Assembly (NCBI RefSeq): GCF_018350175.1
Contig: NC_058368.1
Location: 199,952,001-200,016,000, forward strand
DNA length: 64,000 nucleotides
Source of the DNA: Felis catus
Lineage: Eukaryota
Direction of reading: 5' to 3'
Positions 25,151-38,400 of the stretch are shown here, in pieces. The notes beneath the pieces were generated by a model. The model made no database searches and was not told where the DNA came from. It was given only the letters and a program-made list of their open reading frames with translations. How positions within the stretch are numbered: position 1 is the first letter of the stretch; the number at the start of each line of letters is the position of its first letter. Position numbers and translations under genes: made by a program.

Positions 25151-28100
25151 AGTGAAAAGTGAGTTCTGAACAGCATGTTAATAATAAAGTTACTGTGAAC
25201 TCTAAAACAGGAGGGAGATCATGGATAGCTCAGGAAAAAAAGGTGGAGACAGAAGAGTGACGGCTTTTAAAACCAAGGTGATGAGGAAGCACAGGTGGTT
25301 GGAACACAGTGTGAAGCTGCTGCATAAACCGGAGCAGAGAGGCCGAGAGTGGTAAGAAGCAGACTTTAAAGATAAGGCTCTGTGGTTTATATTTGATGTC
25401 TGAGGCAACAGAAAGCTCCTAGAGTATGGTGATCCCTGGAAATAGCAACTGGAAACATGTCCTATTGTGTATTCTGGATAAGCAAGCACTGAGGAGTGAG
25501 AGCTCAGAAAGTGGTTGTGTAGAAGCCCAGGATTCAGACAGGGGGTGTGAAAGCTGGGATGCAGGGTGAAGAATGGGTTAGCAGGAACAGGATATAAAAC
25601 AAGTTTGTGTGTTTTCCTAGGAGCTATTTGTTCTGACATCAAGCTTGCAGCTCTATTCACTACTTAATCCGAAATTAAGTCTCACTTTTCCCACGCTATA
25701 TAAAAATAACAAGATCCTAGAAAAGTATCAGCATAGTGTTTATGGAATTTCAGGAATCTCCAGCCTTCTCAATTCCCATTATCTTGCTATATTTTTTTTC
25801 TTGCATACTTATCACATTCTGACCTACCTGTTTATTAAGTTTATGATTTATGTTTTGCTCCTTCCTTCCCCAATAGAATACAACCTTTACAACAGCAGGA
25901 ACTGTCATCTTATTTTGTTCACTTATATACCCTTAATGCCTATAACAGTTCCAGAAACAAAATAGCACTCAAGTGAAGTGAACAAATAAGACTGTATCAA
26001 AAGCTCTAAGAATCTGAATAAGGCAGACCTGGCAATTTATGACTCATGTAACAGGCCAAGAAGTCCTAATTGTGAAGTCTTCTCCATTTTACAGGCTGAA
26101 TATTTTGCACAGGCAGAATGCCACAGATGCCTTTGCACGAGACAGGGGGCATTTCTACAGGTCAAGGTTCCAGAGAATCCTTGTTGTTACAGGACAGAAT
26201 TGGCTGAAAGTCAGAAGGCTGTAGTTCTACATCCTGGCCCTGACACATACTTGCTATATAAAACCTTTGGCAGTTCGTTCTCAGAGTGCCAGTTTCCTGT
26301 GTAGAAAATGAGGATGGTAACAATGATATCTGCTGAAACCCACAGGGTCAAATGTGAAGACTCAAAGCACATTGTATCATGAACTATGGATATTGTTATT
26401 TTAAATTTTAATGCAAGTTTGCTTTAGCTCATTATATTTTATTTCTATTAGATTTTTGCTTTTTTCATGGCAAATGCATTTCCATTGCCATGATCTGTGT
26501 GCAGAGTAAGAGGACTAAAATTAAAGAATGTTCTGGATCTCATTACTGACCTCTAGAGAAACACCTCGTCAACTCGAAGATCATCAAAGTGTGGGAAATA
26601 ATTCTCTCTACACTCACTCTACAATGACTAATTCTAATTCTCCTTCACTCATTCTAAAAGTTCACTCTATACTCTGTTCTTCTCCATGAAAAAGGTCCAA
26701 TCGTAATAAAATTTAGTAACCTGAGAAATGTTTGCTATTCATATAGTCATTCTTGTCATTACGATCATTATTTTATTTATTTGAAGAGTAGCTGGTCTGT
26801 GACGTCTCTGCTCCATATTTATTTTTTTTCTCTGTAAAAGATAGTTTTCTAGAGATTGTTGTCTCATATTTACATTATTTCATGAATACTCCTTTCACCT
26901 AACTCTTTTTTGATGTCCAAGCCAAAGCAACTATCAGAGTGCCAAGTACCCACCAGGCTTTTTTTTTTTTTTTTTAATGAATGGAGTGTTTGGTCATCTT
27001 AGAGAATGAAGTTATATAGTGGACCCATTATCTGCAGTGCTTTCAGTCATGAAAGGTAGAGGGGTGGAAATGGGGTGAGCCAAAGAAATGACAAGTTTAG
27101 CAAGGAGAAAAATTCAACTTCAGAAGATATTATAAACAATGCAAAATAAATATTATATTAAAGTTGTAAGAGAAAACGTGATAGAACCTTTGAAAAGTCT
27201 TTTTACGCCAAGCCTGAATAGGCTTTACTTAAAACACACATACAACAGAAACAACATCAATTACACGAGTTCCTTAGTAAACCTTACCTGGCATCATAGG
27301 GGAAAGGCACAAAGCCAACATATTTTGATATATATTGGATGGAGGATTGGCTAGGAAGGAATCTTCTTCATGAAAGCCTACTTTGAGAGGCCCACTGAGG
27401 TCACTGAAGCCCTCACTGAAGCCACTGAATGGTTGCTGGAACAGCAGTTAAAAGGGCTGATGCACATATTAAAAGGAATGAAGCAAAGGAGCCACAGAGT
27501 GGAAAGCCCTGAGACCCAACATCTTGAATTTTCCCATTTGGCAGAAACTTTGCCATACTGGTGATTACCACTAAATCTGGAAAGCTTGTGCAATGCGGAG
27601 CACATTTAAGTTTCTTCTCTTCAAAGAAAATTATTAAACTAATTGTGTTCTTTGTGAATTTTTCTGAACCACATTGCAATTACTTGGATGTTTCATCTCA
27701 TAATGAACAACGGCTGATCTTAATCAGAGATATAATGTGTTCTGCTACTGAGAAAACATGTGGTTTTCTGAGCCAAAGATAAAGTAAATTACATGTCACG
27801 GTCAACTTCTGAAAGGTAAAGAGGGCATAAGGCTGCCTTTCCTGTTAACTGTTAATTCTTTCCAAGGATTAAAGTAAGGCTTTCACATGCACAGACTGCA
27901 CTTATAATGTACCAACAAGTCTTCCTTCTTTAGGCATACTTCAACCAAGATGTAATATGGGTCAGGGTGATATTTTTAAAAATCTGAGGTTGATGGGCTT
28001 CCAAAACCTGAGTAGTAAATATGATTTATGAAGGTGCCCACCTCCGGAGAAAAACTGAATAACAAAACTCATATTCTCCCAAATATGACATTTATTCCAT

Positions 28101-28604
28101 AGTCCATTTCTTAAAGTAAGTATGCACCGTGTCTGATTTTATAAACATTTACAGAATATCCAAAGATGTTTCTAAAATTTATTTCACATTACCAATGCCT
28201 GGATCCCTTTAGAACAATAGGCTGCTACAATGCCATCCTTCAAGGTTTGGACATTTAGATTTTTGTAGTTTGCTTACTTTTAAATTCAGTTGGCCACACT
28301 GCTTTTGTTACTCTGGTATTTCACACCTTTTATATAAGATCATTGTAGACATGGAACGTCAAAGTGGAATTAAATTATCTGACATTCTTATACATTCAAA
28401 CGCTCACAAACTCTCACGTGTATACTAATACATAAAGTCTAAAACTGCAAAGATTATTATCAGCACTTACTTTTTAATATAGTTCTAATAAAGAAAAAAA
28501 AGCACCAGCCTAGGAGTGGAGAGACAGGAGTTCTATTTTCAGCTCTGGCCCTGAGTAGTTACATTTCCCTGTGGAAGTCACTTACAAAAAACAAAAACAA
28601 ATCC

Positions 28605-29457
28605 TTTATTGAAGTATGGTTGACATATTAAAAGTTGTACGTACTTAATGTATACAACTTGATGAGTTTGGAGACAAGTATACACCTGTAAAACTATCAC
28701 CACAGTCTATGGCATAAACATATCCATAGCCTCCAAAAGTTTCCTCCAACCCTCTTTAGTTATTATCATTATTAGTATTTTGTGCTAAGAACACTTAACC
28801 TAAGATCTACCTTCTTAGCCAATTTTTAAGTATATAACACAGTATTGTTAACTACAGGCACTGTGTTGTACAGTAAATCTCTAGTATTTATTCATCTTGC
28901 ATAACTGAAACTTTGTACCCTTTGACAAATACTTTGTTTTCCCCTCCTCTAAGCTCCTGGTAGCCACCATTCTACACTCGACTTCTAGGAGTCTGACCAT
29001 TTTAGATTCCTCATAAAAATGAGATTATGTAGTATTTGTTCTGTGTCTGGTTTATCTCACTTAGCAAAATGTCCTCCAAGTTCATCCATGTTGTCTTAAA
29101 TGGCAAGATTTCCTTCTTTTTTTAAGACTGAATAATATTCAATTGTATGTATATGACACATCTCAAAAATCTATTCATCCATCAATGGACTTTTAGATTG
29201 TTTTCAAGTCTTAATTATTGCAAATAATGCTGCAATGAACATAGGTGTGCAGATATCTTTTCAAGATCCTGATTCCATTTATTTTGTATATTTACCCAGA
29301 CAGCTGGGTCATAGCGTGGTTCTATTTTTAATTTTCTGAGGAACCTCTATACTATTTTCCATAGTGGCCGCAATTTACATTCCCACCAACAGTGCACAAA
29401 TATTCCCTTTTCCCCACTTCCTTGCCAACACTTATTTTTTGTGTTTTTGATAACAGT
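28605..29457 (-). mobile_element. L1MA-type LINE 3' end (ORF2 C-terminus and 3'UTR)
   Basis: Reverse L1 motifs tcacttagcaaaatgtcctccaagttcatccatgttg, aataatgctgcaatgaacat, ttacattcccaccaacagtg. Confidence 0.9.
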
Positions 29458-30102
29458 CTTAAGAGAGCTATTTTTGACATTATTTTTGCATGTGTGTGTG
29501 TTTGTTTTTTCATTAATGATAACAGGGAGTTATACTAGATTAAGTTGTTCAGCCAACAAATAACCATTGAATGTATATGATGTTTAAGGCCCTGTGCTAG
29601 ATGCTGGGTAATGCACAGAGTTGCAAGTGGGAAGCAAAACCAGTCCTTGCTCTCTAAATATTTCCTCCAATATATTAACTTCTCCCTTTTATCTATATTC
29701 CATTTCAAGTTTCCAATGACATTACTCAAACCATTTAAAACCATACTTACCAAGTTCCTGATAAAACTTATTTTCCCTTTTGTGTACATTTGTCTCTGAA
29801 TGACTACCCATTTTCCAACCATCCAGTGTAGAAATCTTGGAATATGTTTGATTCCTCCTACACCTTCATTGGACACTTCCAAACTTCCACCAGGCTTTGA
29901 TGGTTCATCTAAATTTATCTTGCCTACACTTTTCTTTCATTCCAGTTCTCTCTAACCTAGCTTGGGACCTCATCTGTTAAGCACCAGATTGCTATTCTTG
30001 CTTGCCTATAGATTCCTCAGCTTTCAGGCACTTTTTTCTCCAATCCAATTATTTAAATGTAATATTATGTGATTTCCTAAACCAAGTTTCATAAATGGTT
30101 CT

Positions 30103-30195
30103 TTTTTTGCCCTTTTTAAATATAATTTATTGTCAAATTGGCTTATATACAACGTCCAACGCTCATCCCAACAAGTGCCCTCCTCAACGCCCATT
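30103..30195 (-). mobile_element. Very short 5'-truncated carnivore L1 3' end
   Basis: ttattgtcaaattggc...acaagtgccctcctcaa, same family as 59549-59780; TSD TAAATG(G/A)TTCTT. Confidence 0.8.
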
Positions 30196-31329
30196 GTAAA
30201 TGATTCTTAATGCCTGCACTTAGGTCCAAGTTTCTTTGTCTGGCTTCTAAGGTCTGCCATTACCCTTTCCCCTCTACTCTCCCAATGTCAGTCCTTTTTG
30301 CTTACCAACACACTCACTTCTCAAATCTATATCCCTGCTTATGTGGCTTCCCAGATTAGAGTGGCATTGCTTCTTCTCTTATTAAAAGTTAAATCATCTT
30401 TCAAGGCTCAGCTCAAGAGTCAAGAATCACTTCCTCCTTCTTTTAACTCCCATTGATTTTACAGTCTTTATTATACTGATTAGCACTATTCTTTATTTGT
30501 AATTATTAAATATGAGCCCTCTATTAGGTTATAAACTTTGTATTTGTCTTATATCTCCATAGAATGTAGCATAAGCTAGACACATGGGATGTATTACATA
30601 AATACTTGTTGCTTGACTGGCCCATAGTTTATGCTATGGCTAAAGAAAAACTCTAAATAACCCACCAACAAACATTTGTACATAGACAAGCTATATTTCA
30701 TCAAGAAAGCAAAATGTATAAGGCACGATCTCTAACCTAAAAAAAGGTTAATATATTATTATTAACATTATCTCACATGTGTGTACAAAATTCTGAATGG
30801 TTTGTCTAAAATTCAATTCAGTGTAGGCTCATTCAGAAAGGCCATTAGCAACATCTCCCCCCCCCCCAAGTCCCCCGCCCCAACTTTATTTTCCTATCTA
30901 CTCTGTGCACTCTTGTTTCTTTCCAAATGATGGTTTGGCTGTCTTCCTTTACTCATCTACACATTCAAGATTCAAGAATGTAGAAGGCGGAAAACTCACA
31001 ATAGGATGGGCTTATAATAAGGGACAGAAAGAAACTAAAGAGATCAAATGGGTGTACCATTTGATGAACTCTTTATTACTGGGGAGAAATATGAACCTTT
31101 ATTACTCTACTAAGATTCATTCAGGTAACTAAGGACTGCTGATAACACATTGCCCTAAAATCAGGGAGCCTGGACTAGATAATAGAATAAGTTTAAGGGA
31201 TTTCCTCACATCAGAACATGAAAATCAGACTTTCATAAAATAGGTTAAAAAATTTTGAGTCTCCTTAAGTTCATTTTAAGTAAGTTGTTTAAGTCTTTAA
31301 GGCTTGTTACTTGTTATATTTCTCTTTAT

Positions 31330-31608
31330 TTAAAAACAATTGTTAATGTTTATTTATTTTTCAGACAGAGAGAGAGAGAGAGACAGAGAGACAGAGAGAC
31401 AGAGAGTCAGAGTGTGAGCGGGGGAGGGGCAGAGAGAGAGGGAGACACAGAATCTGAAGCAGGCTCCAGGCTTTGAGTTGTCAGCACAGAGCCTGATGCG
31501 GGGCTTGACAAACCCTTGACAAACCTTGACAAACGCATCTCACAAACCACGAGATCATGACTTGAGATGAAGTTGGACATTTAACTAACCGAGCCACCCA
31601 GGTGCCCC
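31330..31608 (-). mobile_element. Can-SINE with internal (CTTGACAAAC)x3
   Basis: Full SINE; TSD TTGTTAT(AT)TTCTCTTTA. Confidence 0.95.
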
Positions 31609-32916
31609 TGTTGTTATTTCTCTTTAAAATTTATGTGACTAATAGTAATTACTGAAAAGTAACTTTCATATATATTTTATTTAAAAGTTAAGCTTTTTAA
31701 AGAAAAATATATACTGACTTTCAGTTTGTTATAGCTTATGTCCAAGGAGAAGCTCTGCCCGCTCACATTCATCTCTGAGAAGCAGAGCTCCTGGAATTGC
31801 AGACATAATGCCAGCAGGAGAAAATCGGTGTCTAGAGCGATGACTTTTCCCATTTAACCTTAGAAGGGGTGGGGATGGAGTGGTTAGTGAGAGTACAGGA
31901 AGGAAGGACAGAGAACATATAATTCATACTCTATTATTAGATTTTTCACCTAAGATATTTGTAAGGAAAGTAGAGACTGAAATGCTTCCAAAAATTCTAG
32001 TTTGTACCTAGGATATAATATCTGTACATAGAAAATGTGAGAACTCAAGTTCTTACTATTGATCATTTTGGGGAAATTATGATCAAATTAACTGTAAAAA
32101 ATAAAGTGAAACATCAAAAATCCATATCTTTTTATTTGTGAAATATAGTAGAGTGATTGATTACTGTTTTCCTAGGAGATATAAATCCCTTTTTGTTTAT
32201 TCTTTTAGTTACTAGAATAATTTAATTTACTTTAAGTTATTAAACTGAAGCAAAGTTTAACAAATTCTTGGTCTTTTTTTCCTATAAGTTCCAATTTAAA
32301 AAAGGAACACTAAAAATTACGTTAAGTATACAGCAAAAGAGCTTTAATATTAATTTTGTGTAATTTTCAACAAGTTAAATGTGGTTTAAAAGTCATACCT
32401 AAAGTGAAATGAACTATTATCAAAGGGTTTAAAAGTGTATAAAAGAAATTCAGTAAAGTTCATTATAAACTATAAATCAAACTCAGTAGGTCAGTAAATC
32501 ACCAAAAAATTAGTCCAATAATATTTTGTGATATTAACCCTTTTGATCTCATTGGGATCTCATCTGGCTCCCAATACTTGCAGCTGAATTTTAGCTATTC
32601 TAAAATGAGAACAATCAAAGAACTCTTGTCAGAATAACATAATTACAGAACAATGACTATTTTGGACAAAGACCTTCTTTGAGGTCAACACAGGCTTAGA
32701 AATCACTAACCACTTCCTTTAATATTGCCAAGGAATTTTCCTTTTTTTTTTTTTAACTGGGTCAGTTTCCATTACCGAATGATTAAGACTGCATTTTCTA
32801 CCATACATAATTCATTCTGTTGAAGTCTCATTCATAAAACAGACTGTAGCTAAATAAGATTTTCCATTATCTTAGAAGAAAATTAAAAAACAACACAACA
32901 AAATCAACCAGCTTAC

Positions 32917-33037
32917 CATTTTCCTTCTTCATTTTCATATTGTTGAACAGTATATCCAAACATGTCTTCCACTGAGCCACTGAAGGTCATTGAATTTTTC
33001 ACATCAACATTGAATGATACGCAGAAGCCTAAAACAA
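32917..33037 (-). CDS. ITGA1: Integrin alpha-1 exon 2 (121 bp): end of signal peptide and mature N-terminus, VLGFCVS/FNVDVKNSMTFSGSVEDMFGYTVQQYENEEGK(W)
   Basis: Canonical integrin-alpha mature N-terminus FNVD; acceptor ttttcccctcttaaag|TT, donor ATG|gtaagc; phase 1 to 2. Confidence 0.98.
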
Positions 33038-34937
33038 CTTTAAGAGGGGAAAAAAAGTCCAGTTACACAGAGTTAACTAAGATTCCATCATGTTTTGAAT
33101 TATGGAAGACATGATTAAAAACTGTGCTCTTATTAAAAAGAGCGATGATGTTCAAAAAAATGAGAACTGCAAGAAACGTCTATGATATTAACCGCATTAC
33201 TGACTTTAAACCAATATCATGGCTAAAGAACTCAAGTACTGACATTCGAACAAAATCCTATAGTAATTCAGTAGCTATACCATTCCCAAAGCTTGTGATT
33301 TCAGGATGTGTGAGAGAGCTGGCAGAAAGTCATGCTTATTTGTGCCTAATGGGAGTTACGGATAGCTTTCCAGTAATGAGCCCTACAGGGAATCATGGCA
33401 CTAATGAAATGTAAACAACTTCATTTTCCTGTTTTGACTACGCAAGTATCACCATTTAAATCCTCAGGACAGGAAGCTTTCTCCTTGCTGCTTCCAAAGG
33501 AAAAGCAAGCTGATTGTCTTCACCCAGAAATGGCTTCCTAAACAGGCCTGAGATTTGCTCTGCATCCCTCTCAATCAATATGCTAGAATCTCCTTAAAGT
33601 GTTGTCGGTGGTGATAAACACATAGGTTGCTGTCGATGATATATCTAAATTAGATGACATAGCTAGAGTTTACTCAGTGCCTGGCACATATTAGATATTC
33701 AATGAGGGCTAATTCTCTTCCATTTCCTTGTAGTTCAGATAATGAAAACACTTTACAAGTGAGACTCTCTCCTAAAAAGAGTTCTGAATGGTGCCAAATT
33801 CCATGTTTGGTACTAGTTTTTAAAGTATACTTGTGAAATCACAAAGTATTCCCCTCCTAGATGAAATTAAGAATTCTTTCCAAAGAGCACTCCCTTATAA
33901 AGTTACAAAGCATCATAAAATACATTCAGAGGTGATTAAATTCACTGTCCTTTGTTAAAATCATGATATAGCTACACATATCCTGAAAAATTCTCTTTTC
34001 TTACTCATTATAAAGTCTTTCATAAATATAGTCTAAATTCAGACTCAAACTCATTCTATACTCTAATTTATTATCTTCAAATTTTAACATTATTAAGTTC
34101 TTTTTTTGCCCAGGGTTGTACCTAATTTATAGAAAATTTTGTCCTTAAAAAAAAAGATATTTATATATACTTATTTATGAAAAAGGATACTTATGTACAC
34201 CAATTTATAAAGTTGTCCTTGATTTTTCCAACTGGAAATAATCTTTTAACTACTAAACCATTCTCTTTCATCTTTTAAATATCTCTCATGAAAATAATTA
34301 TTAAATACTATTTTATTTACATTGTAATTATCTGTGTGTGGTTTTCTTCCCCAAGATTAGAAACTTCTTAAAAGCGGAGACTCTCTTACTCATCTTTCTT
34401 ATCCCTTCCCCCAATCTAGCACACTTCCTTGTACACAGATGGGCAATAACATATTTGTAGAGTGAACACATTGAAGGAGAAAGTGTACCAGTTGAAGTTA
34501 GAAGTGAACTGGCAACTGCTTCATTTTAGTTCAGAAAGACTTAATGGAGATGGAAATTTTCCAGTTAGATTTTTAAAGGGAGGGAGAAAGTCAACTTGGC
34601 AGTGTGAAGAAAATATGTCCCAAGGATTTGGGAGGGTTTCTGCAAGTAGTAAGAAGCAAAATGGGACAAATATGGTTACAATATCATAGAGAGATTTGCC
34701 TGGCTGGCGTGGAAAATGCAGAAAAAGAATGGATGGGTAGCATAGGTCCATTTATGTACATTTCCTGCTCATACTTCAAGTGTGATGAAGAACAGCTGGT
34801 TACCATCTTCTGCGTAATTGCCTTTCATATATTTGAAGACAGTTTTAAACACAGTTCACTCTACTCCAGACTATTTAGTCTCCTACCTATCTCTCACTGG
34901 TTTATTTATTTTTAGAATTTTTAATAGATCATTTTTT

Positions 34938-34999
34938 TAAATTTTTAAATATTTATTTATATTTGAGAAAGAGAGTGAGACACAGACTCCAAGTGGGGA

Positions 35000-35056
<57 letters not shown>

Positions 35057-35170
35057 CTGAAGTAGACTCCAAGGCTCTGATCTGTCAGCATACAGCCCGA
35101 TGTGTGGCTTGAACTCATGAGCTATGAGATCATGACCTGAACCAAAGTCGACTGAGCCACCCACGTGCCC
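34938..35170 (-). mobile_element. Can-SINE with long (GA)n and a short deletion next to the A box
   Basis: aaagtcgactgagccac lacks the gacgcttaacc seen in other copies; TSD AGAT(C/T)ATTTTT. Confidence 0.93.
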
Positions 35171-35217
35171 TAAGATTATTTTTGACATGAGAGATACACA
35201 AAGTAGTATGTCTACAA

Positions 35218-35420
35218 CAGGATTTCTCACCTCTAGTGCTATTGACATTTAGAGTCAGAAAATTCTTTGTTATGAAAGTCTATCCTGTGTATTGTAGCAG
35301 CATGTGTGGTCCTTGTCTACATGATGCCAGTAGTACTGCTTGCATTGTGAAGATCAAAAGTGTCTTCAGACACCGCCAAATTCCCCTGGGACCAAAATTG
35401 TTCTGGGTGAAACTCACTCT
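35218..35420 (+). mobile_element. MER20 hAT-Charlie element, followed by MER5-like fragment (~35480-35630)
   Basis: gtgctattgacatttagag...aaaagtgtcttcagacaccgccaaattcccctggg matches MER20 motifs. Confidence 0.8.
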
Positions 35421-38400
35421 TCCGTAGATAAGGACCAGAACACCACCACCAAGAATGTTGTTGAAGATGATGGAGAAACAACTGGCCTGCAGACCAGTAG
35501 CATTTGTATCACCCAGAGCTTGTGAGGGATCCAGAATCTCAGGTTCCATTCAGATTTCCTGAATCACTGTCTCCATCCCCACAAGATCCCCAGGAAGTCC
35601 GATTCCTGTGAAGGTTTGAGAGGAACAAGTCTATAATATGGTACCCCTCTTTCATAATGTTGATACAGGTAACATAATTTACCTAACTTAAAAGTATTCA
35701 CCATCCTTTAGACAAAAGGCGGGGGTGGGGGAAATTATCTTTAATCAGGGTCAAGTTCACACCTCTTGAAGTATTTTTCCAGAAGTTTATTATCCTTACT
35801 GTATGTTCTCCCAAAGGCCATTCATGATACTCCTCAATATAAGACCAAGAGCTTTTGGTTTCCTTTTTAGGCCTGTTTATTCCACATGTTGTGTGGAATG
35901 TCCGGGGGTGTGTGCTGCGCTTTTTTTTTTTTCTTCATTTCCTGTCCTCAGAATTCTACAGGCAATTTGCCCAAAGTGATCATAAATCAGTCTCTTTCAA
36001 GTTTGCTAAGGCACAAAGGAGCCTGAAGCACAGGAGATGACATAAAAAAAATAGTTTACATCTTGTTCTTTTGATTTAAAGGAGCACATAAACAGTGAAA
36101 GCTTCTCGTGGCTTTGAGTTCGATGTTCGTTTTGTTATACTAAGTTGTCTTGGAACTTTCTGTATCAGAGGTAAAGCAAAAATCATACTTATTCTCCATC
36201 AAAGCCAAAAAACAAAAACAAAAACAAAACAAAACTGAGGTGGCTTAAGCAGTCATATAAGATGAAAATGATGGTAAATAAAACATAGACAATAGTTAGA
36301 TGTCAAAATGAAATTCTGATTTCCATGCAGCAGCAAAAGGGGGATTTTTCCCTTAATAAGCACAACATTGCATACTTATTATGTGTTGCTCTTCACATGC
36401 TCCTTCTCATATAATTTGTCCCAGGCCCTACAATGAAATAGTGTTATTATCACCACTGTACAAATGGAGAGTCAGAGGCTCAGGATAGCGGAGAAATTTG
36501 CCCACGTTTCCCCAGGATTCCCAAACATTCACCTGAATTCAATATCTACATCTTATCCCTAAAACTGAAAAGGGATAGAAGGTGATGCAAAGATGGGTCT
36601 AGAAGAGAGGCTACTATTAGTTCATGTAATTACATCTCCTGAGGGGCAAAATTGGGGAAGAGGCCCTTCTAGAGTGGTCATAGCTAGGGAACTGGGGATA
36701 AGGAGAAAGATTGGAATGAGGAGAGAAGTCATGGCTACAGAGCTCTAGATAAAGAGCATCATGAGGGACTTCAGTCAAAACATTCATGTTTAGGTAGAAA
36801 AGAAATAGAAAGGCTTGCTCTCTTTCAAATATGGCTGTATGTGTTATATACCTAATATATCTAAGGACTATGAGAAGGAAGAAAGATGAGGAAGAAGATG
36901 AGATTGTTAGTTTTGAAGGGTACCTCTTGTTAAAAAAATCATTTTGCACAATTTCTTTGCCCCAGGATGGAATTTGATTTGTAAGACAACTAAATGAGAG
37001 AAAGAGAAAAAAGAGAGGAAGAGAGGGGAGAAATAACCTACAATCGTATGGTATTTTCTGCTTATAAACATTTTGCCACTTAGAAACATTTTCATATAAA
37101 AAAGGTATTGAGCTAGACAATAAACTGTGAAGGTTAGGCAAAACAGCAGTGACTATTCTTTTCTTGTGTGTTAGGAAACTGGAGCTTAGAGGGGTAAAGT
37201 GATTGGCCTAACATTAGGCTGTGTTAGTGGCAGAGACAGGACTTCAACATTTGTCTTCTGAGGTCAAATCACAGACTTTCCATGACAACAGTGCTATTGA
37301 GGTGGTCAGATTAATAAAAGTAAAAATAATAATCGAGGTCAAGAGAACTCTCAAATGGGCCATGAGGGCTCTTAATCATCTTGTAGCTTTGGATTATTTG
37401 AGGATAAGGACTGGCAGGAAAAGCTGAATGAAGGGGGCAAAGTCTGGGCATCTCCCAAGGGCATTGACTCTCTGGTCAAAGAAGACCTTCTTCCTCCACA
37501 CATCCTCTGAGTTCCAAGAAAAGTCACTGCAGCCTGTTTGATTTTTTTGCTTCTTAATGAAAAAAGTCTGTCTTTCACAGGGTGGTCCAGAAATTCTGAT
37601 CTAGTAATATCCAGACTGAAGCATTTAATAGCTAATGGAATTTTGAATATTTAAAATTCTAAGCCAAAGGGAAAATCAAATCAATGGTGACTAGGGATAG
37701 ATATTAAAATGCTATTGCCTTTTTCAACAACTTCTTATACATTTATCCAATCTGGAAATAGGAGAAATCATGGTATTAGCATTATATTTATTGTTTTTAA
37801 AGAGGGAAATGCCATAATATTAAGATAGGAAATAGTAATAATTGTGTTATTATAGTTGATGGTTTTTAGAGCCAATTCTTTGATTGTATAGAAAGATGCT
37901 AATCTTTAGAGATAGATGAACCTAGTCTTAAACACAGCCCTTTCGTTTATACTCTGTATGTAATTATTCACATTTATTCAACTACTCCACAAATAGTCAT
38001 CAAAATTTTACTTTAGGTTGAATATATACTTTAGGTTGAATATATGACTCTACCTAGAGGTAGAGTCATAAAAGATGGTGCTTCTGCTTTCAAAATACAG
38101 TAAGTGATTTAATTTCTATGAGCCTCAGCTTATATTTAAAATGAGCTTATACACGCACGCTTTATAGGTATTGGTTGCTGTGAGAAATACACCTTATGTA
38201 TGTAGCAATAGAGAATGCTCAATAAATGAGTTAATTGTGTTTGTAAGTAGAATCCAAAGAATCAGTTTACCATGTGGCAGTTGAATTTTCTTTTGGAAGA
38301 GGATTCCCCACCCCAATCCTGATGACAATTTGTACCTTGAAAAATGACACAGATGTGTTATATCAGTGGGGCAGGACATTGGGTTCATTGACTCATTTCC

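Noticed and set aside
27370..27564. 64-aa ORF MKAYFERPTEVTEALTEATEW
   Set aside because: Periodicity comes from a short CACTGA(A/G) tandem repeat; no recognisable family; antisense within an intron.
36617..37141. 174-aa minus-strand ORF, and the 152-aa ORF at 25202-25660
   Set aside because: Low-complexity S/F/L-rich translations with no recognisable domain or exon context.
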